The position numbers and the translations under genes were made by a program. This document shows positions 36,951-42,540 of a stretch of DNA of 42,540 nucleotides, one piece after another. The first letter of the stretch is position 1. Each line of letters begins with the position of its first letter. The notes beneath the pieces were generated by a model, which had not been told where the DNA came from, made no database searches, and worked only from the letters and a program-made list of their open reading frames with translations. The stretch covers positions 1-42,540 of IMG/VR virus record IMGVR_UViG_3300031576_000125; one strand, 5' to 3'. The stretch comes from a virus (taxonomy: Duplodnaviria > Caudoviricetes).

Positions 36951-37739
36951 TTATAGCTTATACTTCTTAATCAATTCTTCAGCTTTTTTAGGTGTAATTT
37001 TTCCAGATTCGACTAACTTTAAAAGTTCTTCTTCTGTAATGTCTGAGGAACTAGAGCTTGAAGAAGTTGATTCAGAAGCTACAGCTTTCTTTTCTTTATT
37101 AACTTCTTTTTTAATAGACTCTTGTGATCTAGAACTAGAGTCCCTTAGTTTTTCCACATTAAGTCCCCGAGCAGCATAATATAAAAAAGCAGCAACTCTA
37201 GGATCTGTAACCCTATCTGGGCTAATCAAATCTGAATTACTCTTAATTAGTTGATTCATTGTATCTGCAACTAAAGGATAGTCTTCTTGACTTCTGATAT
37301 TATTAACATGTTGTTCATAAGCTAAAGTTTCTAATTTTTTATTAGCACTTTTAGTTTTATAATCAACATATTCTTTAATGGCAGAAGCCGGATTAGATGC
37401 CAACATTTCAATAAACTTGGAATCCATATCCTCTAACTTTTCCCTAGAAGGCTCAATTTCTTCACGCACAACTTGAGGACGACTGTTAATTTGAATAAGC
37501 TTAGAATTAAGCTCTTCAATTCTACTTTCATACTCACCTTGCATACGCTTTAAATCAGCCTCTTTTTTGCCAATAAGCTTTTCAGCTTCTTTATAAGCTT
37601 TAATGACTTCTTCTTTTTCTTTGCCACTAAACTTATCTACATAAGAATCTAATTCTTGCTGTTCTTCGAGTTCTTCTTTTATTGGTGTAACCTCAGGTTC
37701 TCCAACTTCTTGGGCCTGCTTCTTTCCTTGTTCTTCCAT
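36951..37739 (-). CDS. capsid scaffolding protein
   Basis: Acidic coiled coil, KFSGK...KAYKEAEKLIG motif; just upstream of the capsid gene; GGAGG RBS supports the 37739 start. Confidence 0.75.
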   Translation of the reverse strand: MEEQGKKQAQEVGEPEVTPIKEELEEQQELDSYVDKFSGKEKEEVIKAYKEAEKLIGKKEADLKRMQGEYESRIEELNSKLIQINSRPQVVREEIEPSREKLEDMDSKFIEMLASNPASAIKEYVDYKTKSANKKLETLAYEQHVNNIRSQEDYPLVADTMNQLIKSNSDLISPDRVTDPRVAAFLYYAARGLNVEKLRDSSSRSQESIKKEVNKEKKAVASESTSSSSSSSDITEEELLKLVESGKITPKKAEELIKKYKL

Positions 37740-37785
37740 CACATAACCTCCTAGATTATCCATATGGGTCTAGTTAATGCAAGAT

Positions 37786-38121
37786 CTATTCTCGCATCGA
37801 TTTCAACGCTTCTTCCGCTTGACCACCCCTAACTTTAACATCATCAATAAAGCGTAAAATTTCATCATATGCTTTGAACTTTACTTGAGCTCTCACAATT
37901 TGATTAACTTCTACTGCTGTTTTTAATGTATCCATACAAGAAGCTTGAGCTTCTGATATATAATCAGAAACCAATCTCCAACCGTCTGACTTTGTCATTC
38001 TACGAATGGAATCAGATTCAGTTATTTGTACTGTTAGCTCCCGTGCTTGAATGTCGTACATGGATTCATGCGCAACTTCACCAGTATCGGGATCAAACTG
38101 GACTATGTTATCTTTGTTCAT
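37786..38121 (-). CDS. conserved protein between portal and scaffold
   Basis: SDGW motif in a helical protein; position. Confidence 0.7.
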   Translation of the reverse strand: MNKDNIVQFDPDTGEVAHESMYDIQARELTVQITESDSIRRMTKSDGWRLVSDYISEAQASCMDTLKTAVEVNQIVRAQVKFKAYDEILRFIDDVKVRGGQAEEALKSMRE

Positions 38122-38203
38122 TTAGTAGTTTTCCTAGTTGTTGAAGCTGGTTCTCCGCTAAATTGCGGGCCATCTATTGAAAACTTATTTTTAAAACTTT
38201 TAT

Positions 38204-40090
38204 TCAAGACTGCAAACCCCCAGAAGAAGGTTTAGCTGCAGACCCTTGATTACCAGATTGAATAAGCCCTTGCTGTAAAAGAGCCATTCTTTCTTCTGTA
38301 GACCTAACAAAGTTAGTAAGCTTATTACCAACTAAAAATCTACTGAATTCATTTAACACCGCTTCAAACTTTACTGTGCCTGGTTGAGATTGTTCTGCTA
38401 TTTGTAAAATTTGAGCAAATGTTTGAAACTTCGTGTATTCTAATTCTTCATCTTTTATAGTATTTACAATAAAATCATAATTCATAAAAAAAGCATCTGC
38501 CGGCAATGTAACAAAAGGATTACCTACTTTAGCTATAGTTTGGGGATTGCTCATTCTAATTAACATATCATCCGTTACAAATTGACGAGCATATTGAAGA
38601 ATAAACCAACCTAAGCGTTTAAATAGCATATTATCTAACATCTTAGATTTAAGTTCTATTCTACCACCAACTACATCTTGTAAAAATCCAACTCCCGTAG
38701 CAGTTCTAGAAAATGCTCTCCCTATGTTACCTGTTTGCTGAGAAGGGTTAAAAATTCCAGCAGCAGATTGAAGTTCAAAATCTAATTGATTAGAATCTCT
38801 ATATGAAGATTGCGGTATATCACCATGCTCAAGGGGCTGAATACCGTTTATATCATTAGTTAGAACTATGCCGTGCGGTTGATAAACCAAGGATTTTAAA
38901 TTAACTCCGGCGTCGCGCTGAACTTTAAACATCTTATTGAGAGACATCTTAACTTGATCTAACCTAGCATTACGAAGAGCTGTCATCTCTTTTATAATAG
39001 AAGAGATAGGTAAAATATCCCCATCACCATAAAATTCACCTGGGATAGGATTATTAGGAACAGCTAAAAAGGGTTTAAAATTGGCATCAATAGGATTGGG
39101 TTCCATCCTTATAACCGTACCGCCATTAGCAATGGTAATAATATACTCTTCAGGAAGATTAGCTCCTTTAGAAAACTTACCCCAATATTCCCATATTTCT
39201 ATTTTGCCTAATTCCTTTTCTCTATCATCTAAATCAAGCTGTTTATAGCGTTCTTTAGCTTCTGCATCATCTAATCTATGCCAAGCATTAGACCCATACC
39301 CTAATACATTATCTTCTAACTTTTTTAAATTTTTATATATCCCAACTTTTTGTCCGTCGGGCGCCGTCCTCTCCTCATTTCTCTTTAGTTCTTCTAGAGA
39401 ACGGAATGTGCGATGAACTATGCCTCGCATCGATTGGATATCCCCAGGAGTTTTTATACTCCAATCCGGAAATATATCTGAAAAGGGAACAACCTCAAAA
39501 TCAGGGCCATCAAAAACAGTTTCAAGTTTTTCTTCTTTATCCCGAAATGAAATCGGAAAAGACTCCCCAGTAGTGGGATCAAATTCCATGGTAGTTCTAG
39601 TAACTGTTCTTTTTACTAAACGTTCAACAAACTTATAAGGGATTTTAGCGAAAGCCGTTCCAGCAACGAGCATTTCAATACAAAAAGATAAAAACTTTAC
39701 TTCAAAGTCCATTTGGTCCAATTGCTGATCAAAAAAATCTGTTAGCAATTCTCCGTAGACTTCATCTTCAGGCCCTCGGCCTCTAGCCCTAATATATGGG
39801 CGAGATGACGTAAATCTAGAAACTAACTGGGGTACAATATTCTGAATCACTTCGTGTGCTTTTGGAAGCTTAAGATTAGCACGTTGAGTATTAGAATAAC
39901 GTATTTGACTGTGGTTGCGATAAAGATCATATGCTTGGTTAGCATTTTCTAAAAATGGACGACGATATTCAATAGATGCATCCATAAAAGAACGCACGGT
40001 CGAAGCTGCACGATCTTCTTCAGATTTAAACATCTGTTTTTCATCTTTAGCCTCCCTATCAAAAGGAAAAGCTGGTCCATCGTGTTCCAT
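38204..40090 (-). CDS. portal protein (P22-like podovirus type)
   Basis: 628 aa after TerL; GTAFAK, IFPD, EIWEYW, PGEFYG, RTATG motifs. Confidence 0.9.
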   Translation of the reverse strand: MEHDGPAFPFDREAKDEKQMFKSEEDRAASTVRSFMDASIEYRRPFLENANQAYDLYRNHSQIRYSNTQRANLKLPKAHEVIQNIVPQLVSRFTSSRPYIRARGRGPEDEVYGELLTDFFDQQLDQMDFEVKFLSFCIEMLVAGTAFAKIPYKFVERLVKRTVTRTTMEFDPTTGESFPISFRDKEEKLETVFDGPDFEVVPFSDIFPDWSIKTPGDIQSMRGIVHRTFRSLEELKRNEERTAPDGQKVGIYKNLKKLEDNVLGYGSNAWHRLDDAEAKERYKQLDLDDREKELGKIEIWEYWGKFSKGANLPEEYIITIANGGTVIRMEPNPIDANFKPFLAVPNNPIPGEFYGDGDILPISSIIKEMTALRNARLDQVKMSLNKMFKVQRDAGVNLKSLVYQPHGIVLTNDINGIQPLEHGDIPQSSYRDSNQLDFELQSAAGIFNPSQQTGNIGRAFSRTATGVGFLQDVVGGRIELKSKMLDNMLFKRLGWFILQYARQFVTDDMLIRMSNPQTIAKVGNPFVTLPADAFFMNYDFIVNTIKDEELEYTKFQTFAQILQIAEQSQPGTVKFEAVLNEFSRFLVGNKLTNFVRSTEERMALLQQGLIQSGNQGSAAKPSSGGLQS

Positions 40091-40100
40091 TCATACCCCG

Positions 40101-41816
40101 TTAAACTGGAAATCCTGTATCAGGATCAAATTTAGTATCGTCTTGTTTTTCTATTAAACTTTGGTTATCACTCATATCAGGGAGTTGTTTATGCATCTCC
40201 CAAGTTAAGCACGCAGCTATAACTCTGTCATCATTAGTTCCAGGCAATGCTTCCCTTCTAACGCTATGACCAGTTTTACTGGACAGCTGAACAAATGTTG
40301 ACATTTCATTTATAAGCTCAGGATCAGTTATAATAAGATCGCCTCTTTTACAAGCATACTTAAAATTATCGGTTATCCTGAGTTTACTATCAGATTTAGT
40401 TAAAAATCCTATTTTACGCTCTATTTTATTAGTTAAATTATCAAACTCTTTTCTTTTATAAAATTTATAATATTGTAAATTTTTTAACTCTTCAACTGTT
40501 GCTAAACCATGGTTATTGACTTCAGGACACAAATAAGCACCATTGTACCATTTAGCAAGTTTAAATAACTCATGCGCCATAGTTACTGGATTAATTTGGC
40601 CATATAAACAGCCTACAAACCTACCAGAGGTCCTATCGAGAACATAGGCACAACTAGCATCCCGCCCTATACCAGCACCAATGTCCGCCCCAATAACATA
40701 TTGATGACTTACATTAGGCTCTTCCCACACAAAAGTAACTGGAGTATTATTTTCTTCTAAAATAACTTTAGACTCATCCCGCATCAAGATTCCAGCTTTT
40801 TTATACTTAGAAGCTTTTTTATCAAGTACTGTAGTTAAAGATGCTGGAAAAAATGAATTATGTCCTGCTAAAAAGCAGCTTATGTCATCTGAAGGATATT
40901 GTTCAAAAAAATTATCAGAGTCCCCGTTACAGTTCTGCTGTATACATTGCCGGCGCCAATTTAAATGTGACTCTTTAATAGGAAGAAGTTCAAGCAATTC
41001 CTTTTCTTCTTTTTCCCAGTCAACCCTAACCTCGAGCTCATACTGCTCAGCCACTGCTTGCTCCGGGTAATATCTCCACCAAGGGAGAAAAACACCTAAA
41101 TAAGCCGCTGTTTCTTGATGTATCCTAAAATTTTGCCAAGTTTCGTAAAACCAACCTCCTCTACCATTTGGGGTAGACTCAGCTATAATACGCCCATTGT
41201 CCGGGACTGATTTTAAAGAGTTAATCAAATCATCTTGTTTCTGAATTAGCGCTGCTTCAGATATATGAAGAAAAGAAAGTGTTGAGCCAACGAAAGATGT
41301 CGCAACGCTTACTGAAGTATTAAGTGACCTGCCTAATCCATCGTCGGCAAACCGAAGTTCATTCTTATTATCAAATTTTGCAACTGGGCTATAATAATGT
41401 CCCCAGTCCTTTAAAAAATAGTTATACGGGGTACGGATCTTCGTTTGGAATATTTTCCCCACCAAATCCCGGTGATGCGCCATAATCCCGCATTCACGAC
41501 CAGACTCCCAAAGAGCAAGATCTAAACTTATCAATCCTGCTAAGGTAGTAATACCTAACTGTCTGGACTTTAAAATGATTACTCGATTAGAGCCCTTAGT
41601 TGCCTGAATAACAGCTTGTTGAGCTATATTTAAACTAAATTTTCGCCAACCTGGATCATGTTTATCTGATACCCGGTACAAGTTCAATAAACGTTCATGA
41701 TGACCTAAGGCAAGCATTTCATCTCGAAAAGCTAATTTAGCCTTTTCAGGGCCATCATCAGCAAGAACAGCTTTTATGCGATTAAAAGCTTTTTTAAACT
41801 CTGGTGTATAACTCAT
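40101..41816 (-). CDS. terL: terminase large subunit
   Basis: ILKSRQLGITT, LHISEAA, ESTPNG, GADIG.G.GRD, EVNNHG, NDDRVIA. Confidence 0.95.
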   Translation of the reverse strand: MSYTPEFKKAFNRIKAVLADDGPEKAKLAFRDEMLALGHHERLLNLYRVSDKHDPGWRKFSLNIAQQAVIQATKGSNRVIILKSRQLGITTLAGLISLDLALWESGRECGIMAHHRDLVGKIFQTKIRTPYNYFLKDWGHYYSPVAKFDNKNELRFADDGLGRSLNTSVSVATSFVGSTLSFLHISEAALIQKQDDLINSLKSVPDNGRIIAESTPNGRGGWFYETWQNFRIHQETAAYLGVFLPWWRYYPEQAVAEQYELEVRVDWEKEEKELLELLPIKESHLNWRRQCIQQNCNGDSDNFFEQYPSDDISCFLAGHNSFFPASLTTVLDKKASKYKKAGILMRDESKVILEENNTPVTFVWEEPNVSHQYVIGADIGAGIGRDASCAYVLDRTSGRFVGCLYGQINPVTMAHELFKLAKWYNGAYLCPEVNNHGLATVEELKNLQYYKFYKRKEFDNLTNKIERKIGFLTKSDSKLRITDNFKYACKRGDLIITDPELINEMSTFVQLSSKTGHSVRREALPGTNDDRVIAACLTWEMHKQLPDMSDNQSLIEKQDDTKFDPDTGFPV

Positions 41817-42082
41817 AAGTTGTAATAAATCAATATCTCATTAAAAATGTTAGCCCCTGGTAAGCACTAGGTCAATTAGGCAGTTGCTTATTAAGCTAAC
41901 TAACACTAAACTGTATCAAGACAGACCTTGTGCCTACCCAGTTAGTAAATTAGTTTTTATAAATTCTATTCTAGCAGGTGGTTTATTTTAGGGGCTGGGG
42001 GCTATATATGTGTTTCGGGTTCCCAGTATGTCTATTTAGCTTGTGTGTAGCTGTACTTCCCTACCTAACTTACTATGTTCAT

Positions 42083-42111
42083 AGTATATCATACTTTTTA
42101 TTCCGTGTCAA
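42083..42111 (-). promoter_or_regulatory. near-consensus sigma-70 promoter facing terL
   Basis: TTGACA-N17-TATACT with extended -10 TGn. Confidence 0.7.
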
Positions 42112-42474
42112 CTCACTTTTAGCCTCAAGGTGGCCTAAGTATGCGAAGTTTATCTCAAACAAATCTTAAAATTATTTTCAGCCTATAAAATCAGCTAGTT
42201 ATGAAGGGGCTAAGTACCTGATTATACTGATCTTTTTAAAAAATAAGTTAAAAACTTGTATTTTATATTGGGCTACAATTTATAGGTGAGCTAGTTTTGG
42301 CAATTTTATGGCGTTTTATGGATATGTTAATGGTTATTTTATGACAGATTTTACAGGTTTTTGTAATTAAGTTTACTGGCTGTATTTAAGTATGCGGAAT
42401 TGTTATGCTATTGGGGCCCCTCGAGCAACATTATACTATACTATAGACTAAACATAGATAGGGTCCCCTGGTCC

Positions 42475-42538
<64 letters not shown>

Positions 42539-42540
42539 CT

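Noticed and set aside
2052-40882. Short ORFs in the track that are antisense or out of frame (e.g. 2052, 2487, 3698, 4269, 6765, 7370, 9888, 10177, 10848, 11225, 12511, 14791, 15056, 16884, 18965, 19435, 20932, 21814, 22294, 24480, 25550, 25830, 27733, 28450, 29229, 30380, 37926, 38047, 39420, 40882)
   Set aside because: They overlap well-supported genes, lack recognisable motifs and look like shadow frames
41978-42169. 63-aa + strand ORF
   Set aside because: GTG start without a good RBS, opposes the late promoter and has no recognisable features

Overview
This window looks like an essentially complete, AT-rich, probably lytic tailed-phage (podovirus-like Caudoviricetes) genome. The assembly appears to break at a C-rich tract whose degraded copies lie at both ends. 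The + strand carries an early block of small, membrane or exported proteins (including an S8 subtilase and a CYTH enzyme) and a replication operon (PD-(D/E)XK exonuclease, probable SSB, DnaB-like helicase, AAA+ ATPase, family A DNA polymerase, resolvase, DnaQ-like exonuclease, trypsin-like protease). The - strand carries a short block (probable terminase small subunit, Nmad1/DUF1599-like protein, class V PLP aminotransferase) and a 24-kb morphogenesis operon (TerL, portal, scaffold, major capsid, adaptor, nozzle, three fibre/spike genes, GNAT, ejection proteins, amidase, ClpP, holin candidates). I saw no integrase, repressor, primase, tRNA or CRISPR array. The most notable points are: four proteases of four different families, a ClpP lacking its catalytic Asp inside the lysis cassette, an Nmad1-like gene coupled to an aminotransferase with altered substrate residues, a sigma-28-type promoter, a displaced terS, and several small ORFs missed by the ORF track. 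All family calls come from reading motifs by eye; no database searches were run.
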